Assembly (NCBI GenBank): GCA_030427255.1
Contig: JAUHWY010000018.1
Location: forward strand, 2,359 to 66,358
Source of the DNA: Bacteroidia bacterium
Lineage (GTDB): Bacteria > Bacteroidota > Bacteroidia > CAIKAF01
Length of the DNA: 64,000 bases
Direction: 5' to 3'
This document shows, piece by piece, positions 47,258-57,087 of this stretch (position 1 is its first letter; every line of letters begins with the position of its first letter). The notes beneath the pieces were generated by a model that was not told the origin of the DNA, searched no databases, and saw only the letters and a list, made by a program, of their open reading frames with translations. Both the position numbers and the translations under genes were made by a program.

Positions 47258-47854
47258 TTGTATTTTTGCTGTATGTTGCGATTGGCTTTACCTACTGACC
47301 CCCGTTGGGCCCATGCCGCTCAAATGGATATTTCCGAGATATTGACCGACCATGCTTGGTGTGAGCAAAAGGCAGCCAGCTCTGCCATATCCCTCATGGT
47401 TCAATACCCGGAATTCCCGGACTTGGTGCGTCAAATGGCCGAACTCGCACGGGAAGAAATGGAACATTTTCAGCGGGTACATCAGCGCATTCAAGACCGA
47501 GGACTTAGCCTTGGAAGAGAGCGGAAAGACCCCTACGTACATGCCTTAATTTCTTTCCAAATCAAACAGGGCACTAAAGAGCAAAGGTTAAGAGACAAAC
47601 TTTTAATGGCTGCCCTAATTGAAGCCCGCAGTTGCGAAAGGTTTAGGTTGCTGAGCGAAGAAATAGCAGACCCTTCTTTAGCCGATTTTTACAGAGAATT
47701 AATGGAAAGCGAAGCTGCTCATTACACCTTATTCATAACCTTGGCCAGAGATTTAACCGGGAGAGAAGCCACCGATGTACGGTGGAGTGAATGGCTAAAC
47801 TACGAAGCCGAACAAATTCAAAAATTCCAGAGCGGAAAAGGCATACATGTTTAA
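47258..47854 (+). CDS. miaE: tRNA-(ms2io6A37) hydroxylase MiaE (ferritin-like di-iron)
   Basis: ILTDHAWCEQKAASSAISLM matches the MiaE signature region. ExxH di-iron motifs (EEMEHF, ESEAAHY). The start is probably the Met at 47324. Confidence 0.7.
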   Translation: MYFCCMLRLALPTDPRWAHAAQMDISEILTDHAWCEQKAASSAISLMVQYPEFPDLVRQMAELAREEMEHFQRVHQRIQDRGLSLGRERKDPYVHALISFQIKQGTKEQRLRDKLLMAALIEARSCERFRLLSEEIADPSLADFYRELMESEAAHYTLFITLARDLTGREATDVRWSEWLNYEAEQIQKFQSGKGIHV

Positions 47855-49440
47855 GGTCTCTCCCTATAAATGTCCATCGGACTTTTGGGTCGATCTGCCG
47901 CTTGCCAACTAAAACCCTCCAAACGGTAGGCCTTGGGATCTACATCTTCCCATGGAAACATGGTGCCGTAGGGCTCTTCCAAAAACACAATCTTCACCAC
48001 TTGGTTTTCTTCAATGTAAATATGCATGTTGCGGCTGAACACTTCGTTTAGCCCGGTTAGGCTGCTGTCCTCTTCCCTAGGGTGATAAATGCTCCTTCCT
48101 TGTTCAAACACATCCAAGCGGTACATGGTATTCTCTCGAAAATAACCATGCATGCGTTCTCCCGCCACCTGATTAAACCGAATGCTGTCGTCTCGACTTA
48201 TCATTAAGGCCAAACTGTCTAAATCCAAGCCCAAAATTTCGCCTTCGGCCATGGTAATGTTTATGCGCTTTGCCGTCATTTGACTTGAGTCGCTCCACAT
48301 CACCGGCCTACCTCTCAGGCGCATCAAAGAGTCGTTTTCGCTGTAAAAAAGACTATCGCTGGCGCCTTGCAAATCAGACTTGTAAAACTTTACGTGCGCA
48401 TAAGCTCGGATGGAATGCAAATCCATGCTGTCTCTTTTGCCAAATAGGGTGTCCCCGGTTACAAAAAGGGTGTCTTGGTCAAATACCTGGGTCATAAGCA
48501 CCGAGTCGGTTACATAATACCTCCTCAAATCTTCCCAAGTTTCAGAAAACTGACCGGAAACGGTGACTTTTTCTACGGTATCTACCAGCAATACATTTCC
48601 AATGCCCTTGCCGTAGCCCGACCTTCGTTCGTAATATAAACTGTCGCCGGTAAGCACCCGCGTATCGGAGGTGACTTTGGCATCTTTATTAAACTGCGCT
48701 CTGTCTTGCTTTTTGTCGTACCAACCGTTTCTGCATTCAATAATGCTGCCCTCACTGTAAATGGTGCTTGGCCCCCTAAAATAGGCAATGTCGCTGCGGG
48801 TGTCGTAATGAAGGGTGTCTGAGTAAAGCTGGTATTCGGGATTGGTAATGACCACATCGTCCTTAAAGGTAAAGCTCCGTGTTCGGGTATCGTAAACACC
48901 GGTTTTAGAGGATATGTCGTCTTGCCCGTTACGTATCTCGGCCGCTTGAGGATACCATACTTTCCCGGTATTTCGGTCATATTCCATTCGGGTGGTTTCC
49001 AAACTCACTTGCGGATCAAGCATGCGCACCCTGCTCCAAATTTCTGCCTTGCGGGTGTTGCCATCGTAGTGCAAGCTGTCGCCGTAAAGGCTTAGGGTGT
49101 CTCCCTGCCGAATGTGAATGTGCCCAAAAGCATCCATGGAGTTGGTCGACTCATAGATTAATGCAGAGTCGGCATACATAAAGGCACCTTCATGAAACAA
49201 TACCACCCTGCCACGCAGGGTTTGTATGCTTTGCCCTTCTTCTCTGCTGCCCAACAGCAAGTCGGCATTTCGTATTTCAATAACTTTGCTCGTGTCGCTG
49301 CCCGGCTGTTGTGACCAAAGGGTGGAAACAAAAGAGCAAAAGAAAAAGATAAGAAGGAACCTGGAGGCTGTGTGCATTACCGCATTAAGGTTTCGGTGCG
49401 ACCAGGGCCAATGGACACCAAACGTACCGGAACCCCGCAA
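47851..49440 (-). CDS. OstA-like (LptD N-terminal/OstA_2 family) secreted protein
   Basis: Signal peptide. Repeated beta-rich segments typical of OstA-like proteins. Family assigned from overall pattern only. Confidence 0.5.
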   Translation of the reverse strand: MRGSGTFGVHWPWSHRNLNAVMHTASRFLLIFFFCSFVSTLWSQQPGSDTSKVIEIRNADLLLGSREEGQSIQTLRGRVVLFHEGAFMYADSALIYESTNSMDAFGHIHIRQGDTLSLYGDSLHYDGNTRKAEIWSRVRMLDPQVSLETTRMEYDRNTGKVWYPQAAEIRNGQDDISSKTGVYDTRTRSFTFKDDVVITNPEYQLYSDTLHYDTRSDIAYFRGPSTIYSEGSIIECRNGWYDKKQDRAQFNKDAKVTSDTRVLTGDSLYYERRSGYGKGIGNVLLVDTVEKVTVSGQFSETWEDLRRYYVTDSVLMTQVFDQDTLFVTGDTLFGKRDSMDLHSIRAYAHVKFYKSDLQGASDSLFYSENDSLMRLRGRPVMWSDSSQMTAKRINITMAEGEILGLDLDSLALMISRDDSIRFNQVAGERMHGYFRENTMYRLDVFEQGRSIYHPREEDSSLTGLNEVFSRNMHIYIEENQVVKIVFLEEPYGTMFPWEDVDPKAYRLEGFSWQAADRPKSPMDIYRERP

Positions 49441-50663
49441 CTTTGTTCTATGCGTTCAATATACTTCTGCAAACCTTTCGGCATTTCGGTTTTTCCCGGG
49501 TTAGCTAAATCTCCCTCAAGCAATTCGGCGGGATCAAAGTCCCAGCCTTCCATGGTTTCGTAGATGGGAGTGGCTGTGCTTAGGTCAAAGGGCATTTGAC
49601 TGCTTTCTTTTCCATCAACACGGTATGCGGTACAAAGCTTAACTTCCTTCATGCCGCAAAGCACATCGGCTTTCATCATAGCCAATTCGGTAACTCCATT
49701 AATCATTACCGCATATTGCAAGGCAGTTAAATCTAACCAACCGCAACGTCTGGGGCGACCTGTGGTGGATCCGAATTCATGGCCCTTTGTGCGAATGAAA
49801 TCGCCGGCATCATCAAACAGTTCAGTTGGGAAGGGGCCACTACCAACTCGGGTGCAATAGGCTTTAAAAATACCGGTAATGTTGCCCAGCTGAGAAGGCG
49901 CCAACCCCAAGCCGGAACAGGCCCCCGAAGCCAGAGTGTTGGAAGAGGTCACGTAGGGGTAACTCCCAAATTCCAAATCGAGCAGGGTGCCTTGAGCCCC
50001 CTCTGCTAGTACCTTTTGATCTTGTTTCAGGGCCTCCTGAATCAAGTATTCGGTATTGTCGGTCTTGAGTTGCCTCAATTTATCTACCGCCTCTAAAAAG
50101 GCAGCTTCATCGGGTATTTCATCCGGGGTTTCCCAATCCATGGCTGCTAAAAGCCGTTGGTGTTTGGCCTTTAACTTGCCGTACCGTTGGTCAAAGTCCG
50201 CCGCAAGTAAATCACCCATGCGCAATCCGTTTCTACCGGTTCTGTCCATATAGGCAGGACCTATGCCCCGCAAGGTGCTTCCAATTTTTTCTTTACCCTT
50301 GGCTTGCTCTGAGGCCGCATCCAACAACCGATGGGTGGGCAAAATCAAATGAGCGCGACGGCTAATGACCAATTGCTTTTCCGGAGAAAAGCCTGCGGCT
50401 CGCAAGCCTTCCAATTCCCTCATAAAGCCAATGGGGTCTAAAACCACTCCATTGCCGACAATATTGAGGCATCCTTCGGTAAAAATACCGGAGGGAACCG
50501 TGTGCAAAACAAACTTTTTGCCCTCAAAGGAAATGGTATGCCCGGCATTGGGGCCACCCTGAAACCTAGCCACCAATTGATACTTTGAGGCTTTTACGTC
50601 AACAACTTTTCCTTTGCCTTCGTCGCCCCACTGGAGCCCTAACAAAACATCCGCTTTGGTCAT
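49377..50663 (-). CDS. purA: Adenylosuccinate synthetase
   Basis: QWGDEGKGK P-loop. GTTGRGIGP-like motif. The start is the Met at 50663 (MTKADVLLG). Confidence 0.9.
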   Translation of the reverse strand: MTKADVLLGLQWGDEGKGKVVDVKASKYQLVARFQGGPNAGHTISFEGKKFVLHTVPSGIFTEGCLNIVGNGVVLDPIGFMRELEGLRAAGFSPEKQLVISRRAHLILPTHRLLDAASEQAKGKEKIGSTLRGIGPAYMDRTGRNGLRMGDLLAADFDQRYGKLKAKHQRLLAAMDWETPDEIPDEAAFLEAVDKLRQLKTDNTEYLIQEALKQDQKVLAEGAQGTLLDLEFGSYPYVTSSNTLASGACSGLGLAPSQLGNITGIFKAYCTRVGSGPFPTELFDDAGDFIRTKGHEFGSTTGRPRRCGWLDLTALQYAVMINGVTELAMMKADVLCGMKEVKLCTAYRVDGKESSQMPFDLSTATPIYETMEGWDFDPAELLEGDLANPGKTEMPKGLQKYIERIEQSCGVPVRLVSIGPGRTETLMR

Positions 50664-51052
50664 GCGTCTTCTTTGCGTTTGCTGTTTGGGGCTTGTATTT
50701 CTTGAAATGCTTCTTCCGGCCCCGAAACCGTAGCAAAAATATGATGAATTTTGGTGAGGATAAAAAGTTCGTTTAAGGAATCGTTGCTTCCGCCAATCCA
50801 TGCCTCACCTCCGCTGTTTCGACTCATGGTGAGCAGTTTCAGCAATACGTTCAATCCTTCCGAATTGATGTATTCCAAGCCTTTTAAATCCAAATACAAA
50901 TACAAGGGTTTTTCTTCCCCCAATTGCTCTTGAACGGTTCTTAAAAAGCGTTGGGCATCGTAGGCCGACAAAAGCTTGCCTTCCAGCACCAAAACGTGTA
51001 AGGGTGCCTGCGTGCTATCTATTTGGTAGGAAAAGGGGTTTTCTAAGTCCAT
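50660..51052 (-). CDS. STAS-domain protein (anti-sigma factor antagonist-like)
   Basis: SpoIIAA-like fold length. Sequence pattern LVLEGKL...LDLKGLEYINSEGLNVLL. 4-bp overlap with the purA start. Confidence 0.55.
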   Translation of the reverse strand: MDLENPFSYQIDSTQAPLHVLVLEGKLLSAYDAQRFLRTVQEQLGEEKPLYLYLDLKGLEYINSEGLNVLLKLLTMSRNSGGEAWIGGSNDSLNELFILTKIHHIFATVSGPEEAFQEIQAPNSKRKEDA

Positions 51053-51074
51053 GGGGCAAGGTAAGGAAATATAC

Positions 51075-51480
51075 GAATGATTAATGATTAATGATGAGTG
51101 ATGCAGTAAAGACGCAACATCTTGCGTCTCATGCGTCTCATGCGTCTCAAGCGTCTCATGCCTCCCCTGCGTCTCAAACCGCAGTAAAGACGCAACATCT
51201 TGCGCCTCATTTTTTTGGCCGCCTTATCCTGCTGTCTGCGGTAGTGCCCCGTCTCCGGCCCACGGTCTGCGGCCGCTCCGGGGTCTTCGTTCCTCAGCCT
51301 CCTCGCTTGGCCGCATACCGGGGCCGGAGCCGCGTCAGCTACCTGCTTCCATCAGGGGCGGAGGATTACTAAAACTTTAAGAGAGGGGTGAGGTAAAGAC
51401 GCAATATCTTGCGTCTCAAACCGCAGAAAAGACGCAGTATCTTGCATCTCAAAAGTCTCAACTTGTTTTCAACACCCCAC
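51075..51480. repeat. Composite repeat: heptamer array, GGTAAAGACGCAA-loop-TTGCGTCTCA hairpin units, GC-rich palindromic core, then more hairpin units
   Basis: Read off directly. TGCGTCTCA nonamer repeats. The core has inverted repeat CTCCGGCCCACGGTCTGCGGCC ... GGCCGCATACCGGGGCCGGAG. Confidence 0.8.
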
Positions 51481-51530
51481 GCCCAACCGCTCTTTTGTCC
51501 TTACCTTTATCTTTCAACTTATTTTTCTTT

Positions 51531-52829
51531 ATGAAGTTCCTTTATTTCTTGCTTAGCCTTCTTTGGTCCGCCGGACTTTATGCGCAATCCGTTCGCATTG
51601 CTTCGTCTCCCGGACAGGCCGACCCCAGCGCCGGTTTGGATGTGGATTTTAACGACCGGGGCCTGCTTTTGCCCAGGTTAACCACCACCCAACGCAATGC
51701 CATCGCCAGTCCTGCCGATGGGCTTCAAATATTCAATACCACCAGCCAATGCATGGAAGTCTTTATTTCCAACAGTTGGTTTGCAGTGGCTTGCCCTTGC
51801 CAATATTTTCCCAACGCTCAGTTTTCGTTCTCTCCTTCCAATCCGGGAGCAGGAAATGCGGTGAGTTTTAGTCCCCAGCAATCAGGACTGCAATACCAAT
51901 GGTTGTTTGCCTCCGGTACACCGGCCTCTTCTTCCCAAGCCAACCCTTCCGTTACTTGGGCCAATGCAGGTACTTATTCGGTGGTGCTTCAGGTGACCGA
52001 CAACCAAGGATGCACCGCATCCGATACCCAAAATGTGGTGGTGAGCAGCTGCCCTCCCGGTTCTCAAACCTTTACCGCCAACGGCACGCTAGCCTCGGGT
52101 AGCATTCAAAGTTTTACGGTGCCGGCCTGTGCAACCTCAGTTACGGTAGAAGCCTGGGGCGCACAAGGCGGAAGTACCTCCAACACCAACGGTGGTTTGG
52201 GCGCCTACATCAAAGGCACTTTCTCGGTGTCGGGCGGTGAAGTACTGCGCGTCTTGGTGGGTCAACAAGGCGAAGCCGGCTCTTCTGGTCACGGCAACTG
52301 CGGTGGCGGCGGTGGCGGCTCTTTTGTGACCCGCAGCAACAACCAGCCCATGGTGGTGGCCGGTGGAGGCGGCGGTGCAGGAACCGCTTCCAACATCAGC
52401 ATTCGTACGCCCGATCCGGGACAAACTGGAAACAGCGGAACGGCAGGAAAAGGAAATGGAATGCCCGGCGGCACCGGAGGAAATGGTGCTCCGGGAGTTT
52501 GTTCAAGTTGTGGCGCAACCAATGGAGCCGGTTTGCAGAGCAACAGCCAAGCCTATGGCAGCTCTTATGGAACCTCAGCCATTGCTTTTACCAATGGTGG
52601 AGGAGGGGCTACCTCCAGTAGTGGATACGACGGTGGATTTGGGGGTGGCGGAGCAGGAGCTTTTGGTGCCGGCGGCGGCGGAGGTTATTCCGGTGGAGGT
52701 TCAGGAAACTATTCCGGTACCACGGACAACAGCGGCGGCGGCGGTGGCGGCTCTTTTAATGGAGGCACCAATCCGAGCAATCAAGCCGGAGTGAGGAGTG
52801 GGAATGGGCAAGTAATCATTAGTTGGTAA
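51531..52829 (+). CDS. Secreted PKD-domain/glycine-rich protein (paralog of 3743..4990)
   Basis: Signal peptide MKFLYFLLSLLWSAGLYAQ. Same N-terminal module (GLLLPRLTTTQRNAI...GLQIFNTTSQCMEVF). PKD-like segment. SFTVPACATSVTVEAWGAQGG. G-rich tail ending GNGQVIISW. Confidence 0.7.
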   Translation: MKFLYFLLSLLWSAGLYAQSVRIASSPGQADPSAGLDVDFNDRGLLLPRLTTTQRNAIASPADGLQIFNTTSQCMEVFISNSWFAVACPCQYFPNAQFSFSPSNPGAGNAVSFSPQQSGLQYQWLFASGTPASSSQANPSVTWANAGTYSVVLQVTDNQGCTASDTQNVVVSSCPPGSQTFTANGTLASGSIQSFTVPACATSVTVEAWGAQGGSTSNTNGGLGAYIKGTFSVSGGEVLRVLVGQQGEAGSSGHGNCGGGGGGSFVTRSNNQPMVVAGGGGGAGTASNISIRTPDPGQTGNSGTAGKGNGMPGGTGGNGAPGVCSSCGATNGAGLQSNSQAYGSSYGTSAIAFTNGGGGATSSSGYDGGFGGGGAGAFGAGGGGGYSGGGSGNYSGTTDNSGGGGGGSFNGGTNPSNQAGVRSGNGQVIISW

Positions 52830-52985
52830 GACCGGCCAGGGACCGGCACGGAAAGCCCGGATGACGCCGGCGGATGCCAAGGCAGGCCTGCCGCGGTGGA
52901 GCTTTGCGGAACCCCGGCAGAACTAGCCTTGGCTCCGCTGGCGTCACCGGACTTGGAGGGAGGGCCCGGCAGGCCGCCCAATGAA
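52830..52985. repeat. GC-rich palindromic core element
   Basis: Inverted repeat GACGCCGGCGGATGCCAAGGC ... GCCTTGGCTCCGCTGGCGTC. GTGGAGCTTTGCGGAAC is shared with 38800. Confidence 0.6.
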
Positions 52986-53021
52986 ACCTACAAATCCCTA
53001 TTTGCGTATCTTTGACTTTGC

Positions 53022-55280
53022 ATGGAAAGCCACAAAATCGATGACTATTTGGCCGAAGAACAGGCCGAAATCAAAAAGCAATACCGCGCCCTGTTGCGGG
53101 CTGCCGGCAAAAATGTGGACAAGCCGGAGGACAAAAAGCGCATTCGTAGGGCCTTTGATTTGGCCGTAGATGCCCACAAAGAAATGCGCCGAAAGTCAGG
53201 AGAACCCTACATTTATCACCCCATTGCCGTGGCGCGCATTGTGTCGGAGGAGATGGGGCTGGGGGCCACCAGCATCATTTGTGCTTTGCTGCACGATACG
53301 GTAGAAGATACCGAAATTACCCTCGAAGATATTGAGCAGTTTTTTGGCCCAAAAGAGTCCAAAATCATCGATGGGCTCACCAAAATGGAAGGGGTATTTG
53401 ACCATACGCAATCCATTCAGGCCGAGAATTTTCGGAAGATTGTACTTACCCTCGCCGAGGACATTCGGGTAATTCTTATAAAAATCGCCGATCGCCTGCA
53501 CAACATGCGCACGCTCACCCACATGCGGCGCGATAAGCAACTTAAAATCGCCTCTGAAACGCTCTATTTGTATGCGCCTTTGGCCCATCGCCTTGGCCTG
53601 TACAACATCAAAACGGAGCTGGAAGACTTGAGCCTCTGCTATTTGGAACCCGAAGCTTTTGCCGATATTGAAGCCAAGCTCGAAAAAAGCAAAGAAGTAC
53701 GCGATCGCTTCGTTACCCATTTTGTGTATCCAATCCGCAAGGCCCTAAAGGCTCAAGAAATTGATTTTGAAATAAAAGGAAGAACCAAGTCCATTTATTC
53801 CATTTACAATAAGATTCGTAAGAAGGGTGTTCCTTTTGAGGAGATTTACGACATTTTTGCCATCCGAATCATTTTGGATGTGCCGCCCGAACGCGAAAAG
53901 GCTGAAATTTGGCGCACCTATTCTCTGGTCACCGATGTGTATCAACCCAAGCCGGACCGCCTGCGCGATTGGATTAGCTTTCCCCGGGCCAACGGCTACG
54001 AAAGTTTGCACGTTACGGTGATGAGTCCCACCGGCAAATGGGTGGAAGTACAAATCCGCAGCCGGCGCATGGACGACATGGCCGAAAAGGGCTATGCCGC
54101 CCATTGGAAGTACAAAGAGAATCAAGCCGAATCGGCCATTGACGAGTGGATTACCCGCGTGCGCGAAATGCTCGAAAGCCATCAGGAAGGGGAAGCCCTC
54201 GATTTTATGGACTCCTTTAAGTTGAACTTGTACAACGAGGAGATTTATACCTTTACACCTAAGGGAGAGCTGCGCACCATGCCTTCGGGTGCCACGGCCC
54301 TGGATTTTGCCTACGATATCCATTCCGAACTGGGCGACCACTGCCTTGGCGCCAAGGTCAACAACAAACTGGTGCCGCTAAGCTATGTGCTCAAAAGCGG
54401 CGACCAAATCGAAATTCTAAGCTCCAAAAAGCAAAAGCCCAAGGAAGATTGGCTCAGCTTTGTGGTAACCGGCAAAGCCCGCAGCCGCATCAAAGCTGCC
54501 CTCAAAGACGAAAAACGCCGCATTGCTGCCGAAGGAAAAGAAGTATTGGAACGCAAACTGCGCCGCCTTAAAATTCATTTTACCGAGGACGACCTGCCCA
54601 AAATGCTTAAATACTTCTCGGTGGACGATCCCTTGGAATTTTATTTTCAGGTGGGTACTGCGGCCATCAGCTCCCAACAAATTCGCGATTTTTATCGGGC
54701 AGAGAGCAACCGCAGCTGGTACCGCTACCTCACCACCAAGTTTAAGCGCAGCCAAATCAACGAAAAGGCCGAGGACAAAGACCAGCAGCTGCTCAAAAAG
54801 CTCAAGCAAGAAGAGAATCAACTACTGATTGGCGACAATTTAGAGAAGTTGGACTATAGCTTGGCCCCCTGTTGCAACCCCATTCCCGGCGACGAGGTAT
54901 TTGGCTTTGTTACCGTGGGCGACGGCATTAAAATCCACAAAACCAATTGCCCCAACGCCGTACAACTGCTCTCCAACTACGCCTATAGAGTGGTGAAAGC
55001 CAAGTGGACCAGTTCCGACGAACCTGCCTTTTTGGTGGGCATTCGCGTAACGGGCGTAGACGATGTGGGCATAGTGAATAAAATTACCCGCCTCATTTCC
55101 AATCAAATGAAGGTGAATATACGCTCTTTGAGTTTCGACTCAAATGATGGTATCTTTGAAGGCAGAATGACCCTGTTTGTGCAACATACCCTGCATTTGA
55201 ACGAACTCATCGGCAAATTGCGCGATTTGGAGGGGGTTATTGATGTGGAACGCATTACCCCTGAGCACCCAACGGCATGA
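53022..55280 (+). CDS. Bifunctional (p)ppGpp synthetase/hydrolase, RelA/SpoT family
   Basis: HD hydrolase motif (ALLHDTVEDT). Synthetase domain. TGS and C-terminal ACT regions. Confidence 0.9.
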   Translation: MESHKIDDYLAEEQAEIKKQYRALLRAAGKNVDKPEDKKRIRRAFDLAVDAHKEMRRKSGEPYIYHPIAVARIVSEEMGLGATSIICALLHDTVEDTEITLEDIEQFFGPKESKIIDGLTKMEGVFDHTQSIQAENFRKIVLTLAEDIRVILIKIADRLHNMRTLTHMRRDKQLKIASETLYLYAPLAHRLGLYNIKTELEDLSLCYLEPEAFADIEAKLEKSKEVRDRFVTHFVYPIRKALKAQEIDFEIKGRTKSIYSIYNKIRKKGVPFEEIYDIFAIRIILDVPPEREKAEIWRTYSLVTDVYQPKPDRLRDWISFPRANGYESLHVTVMSPTGKWVEVQIRSRRMDDMAEKGYAAHWKYKENQAESAIDEWITRVREMLESHQEGEALDFMDSFKLNLYNEEIYTFTPKGELRTMPSGATALDFAYDIHSELGDHCLGAKVNNKLVPLSYVLKSGDQIEILSSKKQKPKEDWLSFVVTGKARSRIKAALKDEKRRIAAEGKEVLERKLRRLKIHFTEDDLPKMLKYFSVDDPLEFYFQVGTAAISSQQIRDFYRAESNRSWYRYLTTKFKRSQINEKAEDKDQQLLKKLKQEENQLLIGDNLEKLDYSLAPCCNPIPGDEVFGFVTVGDGIKIHKTNCPNAVQLLSNYAYRVVKAKWTSSDEPAFLVGIRVTGVDDVGIVNKITRLISNQMKVNIRSLSFDSNDGIFEGRMTLFVQHTLHLNELIGKLRDLEGVIDVERITPEHPTA

Positions 55281-55741
55281 ATCAGAACCAGATGGAAGAA
55301 GTGCGCGACATTTTTAGTCGTTATTTGGAGGCCAATGGCCACCGCAAAACCCCGGAACGTTTTGCCATCCTCGAAGAAATTTACAGCCGCAACCACCATT
55401 TTGACGTTGAGGAGCTCTTTAAATCCATGAAAGAGCGCAACTATAGGGTGAGCCGGGCCACCGTGTACAATACCTTGGACCTTTTGCTCAATTGCCATTT
55501 GGTGCGCAAACACCAGTTCACCGGCAATTTGGCCCAATACGAAAAAAGCCACGGCTACAGCCAGCACGACCACCTCATTTGCAACCAATGCCACAAGGTT
55601 ACCGAGTTTTGTGATCCGCGCCTACACCACATCCAAACCGGCGTGGGCGATTTGCTCGGTTTTCAAATCAAACATCATTCCTTTATTCTGTACGGGGATT
55701 GCAACCAATCCGACTGCCCGGATCGACCGGATGCGCCGTAA
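55277..55741 (+). CDS. fur: Fur family transcriptional regulator
   Basis: Winged-helix N-terminus. HHDHLIC...C and C-terminal Cys/His metal-site motifs. Confidence 0.8.
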   Translation: MNQNQMEEVRDIFSRYLEANGHRKTPERFAILEEIYSRNHHFDVEELFKSMKERNYRVSRATVYNTLDLLLNCHLVRKHQFTGNLAQYEKSHGYSQHDHLICNQCHKVTEFCDPRLHHIQTGVGDLLGFQIKHHSFILYGDCNQSDCPDRPDAP

Positions 55742-55805
55742 CCACGGGATATGTTGCGTCTCTGCATGCCAATTATTCCGCGCTGAAGCCTTTGCGCCTC
55801 TAAGA

Positions 55806-55953
55806 CATCGGCATCCGCGCCTGCGCCGTCCAATCCAGCGACCCCTTGGCCCCGCTCCGATATTTCATTAGCCCCGCCATGGCAATCATGGCCGCATTGT
55901 CGGTGCAATAAGCCAATTTGGGGATGTGCAATTCCCAGCCTTTTTGGGTGCAG
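55806..55953. repeat. 147-bp direct repeat copy A: displaced duplicate of the tsaD 3-prime end (putative attL)
   Basis: 143/147 identity with 57112-57262. Read on the minus strand it encodes a TsaD-like C-terminus ending ...QARMPMS* with no upstream coding continuation. Confidence 0.75.
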
Positions 55954-56107
55954 GAATTTTTTAGAAATCTGTATTCAACATGGGTAGCGGTAATTTTATA
56001 ATGTAGAAAACTCTTAGAGAAAGCACAAATGCTATTTAAAACTATAGTTTTGAAACAATTTTAATTTTTTTTCGTATAACCTTTTGTTTTATAAAAAATA
56101 TTAGCGA

Positions 56108-57067
56108 ATGAGAACTGTAAAAGATTACATGTTAAATCCAGAATTATTTGATAATGATAATTTTAATGAAATCGAGGCGTACCATTTTTTCTCAAAAACC
56201 TTAAATAGAGTAAGGCTACCTATTATAAATGTTACTGTAGCAAATAATTTTATTGATAGGCTTAGAAGGTTAGAAGGTGATAAACTTCATACTAGTTTGG
56301 CAGACTATCTTCCGGTGTCTTCAACAAATTATGAGGTTTTAGAAAAAATTTCTGGAGGTAGAGCTAACTTGCCCAGACAATCCGTTTTTTATGGTAGTTT
56401 AAGAACAGAGGAAAATCCTTACAGCCGTATTACTGCTTTAACAGAGGTTTCTGCGAATCATAGGCGTCCAGCAATTAATAAAGTGCAGTTAAAAGACTTA
56501 ACAAGATTTCAAGAAAATGAAGAGAGTAGTAACTTAAAGGATTTTTTTTATTCTTTTTCACGGTGGGAAATTAGGAAGCCATTAGAGCTTGCAGTTGTAA
56601 TGCCTTTTGGGAGTTATGCAAATTCAATGAATAGGCAAATAATGGAGCAGTGTCAGCAAAAATTTAATTCACTTTCCACAAGAGATAAAGAGTTAATAAG
56701 ACTTCTTTCTGACTCATTCTTAAATAATAAAAGTACTCGTTGGAAGTACTATTTTTCTGCATATTACGCAAACTGTTTATATAGGGAATTTGATGGAATT
56801 CTTTACCCGAGTATGCAATCAAACCAAGAAGGGCAAAATATTGTTTTAAGGAGTGATGTAGTTCTAAATAAGTTAAGCTTAGATAAAATAGCTCTTTTAG
56901 AAGAAAGAGTTATAAATGACAATAAAAGCCCTCACACAGTGGTAGATATAATTGGTGTTGGAGATTTTTCGAATGATGATATTTTTTTCTATACATTAAA
57001 GAATGGAGTAATTAGTTCCACAAGAAAATGTTATTGTAAAGACCAATTGAAACAAATGGCGAAATAG
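56108..57067 (+). CDS. Orphan extended RES-domain-like protein on an AT-rich islet (putative NAD+-targeting toxin or defence effector)
   Basis: Arg motif SGGRANLP (GGRxN-like). VFYGSL...ALTEV (Y-x-S...A-L-E). DGILYPSMQSNQEGQNIVL (Ser motif plus N-[IL]-V-L). GC is about 30% against a 50% background. Confidence 0.5.
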   Translation: MRTVKDYMLNPELFDNDNFNEIEAYHFFSKTLNRVRLPIINVTVANNFIDRLRRLEGDKLHTSLADYLPVSSTNYEVLEKISGGRANLPRQSVFYGSLRTEENPYSRITALTEVSANHRRPAINKVQLKDLTRFQENEESSNLKDFFYSFSRWEIRKPLELAVVMPFGSYANSMNRQIMEQCQQKFNSLSTRDKELIRLLSDSFLNNKSTRWKYYFSAYYANCLYREFDGILYPSMQSNQEGQNIVLRSDVVLNKLSLDKIALLEERVINDNKSPHTVVDIIGVGDFSNDDIFFYTLKNGVISSTRKCYCKDQLKQMAK

Positions 57068-57087
57068 GCGAGTAGAAATAGTTGATT

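Noticed and set aside
53196-54821. Minus-strand ORFs 53196..53720, 53745..54341 and 54417..54821 inside relA/spoT
   Set aside because: Antisense to a strongly supported 752-aa RelA/SpoT gene. No motifs.
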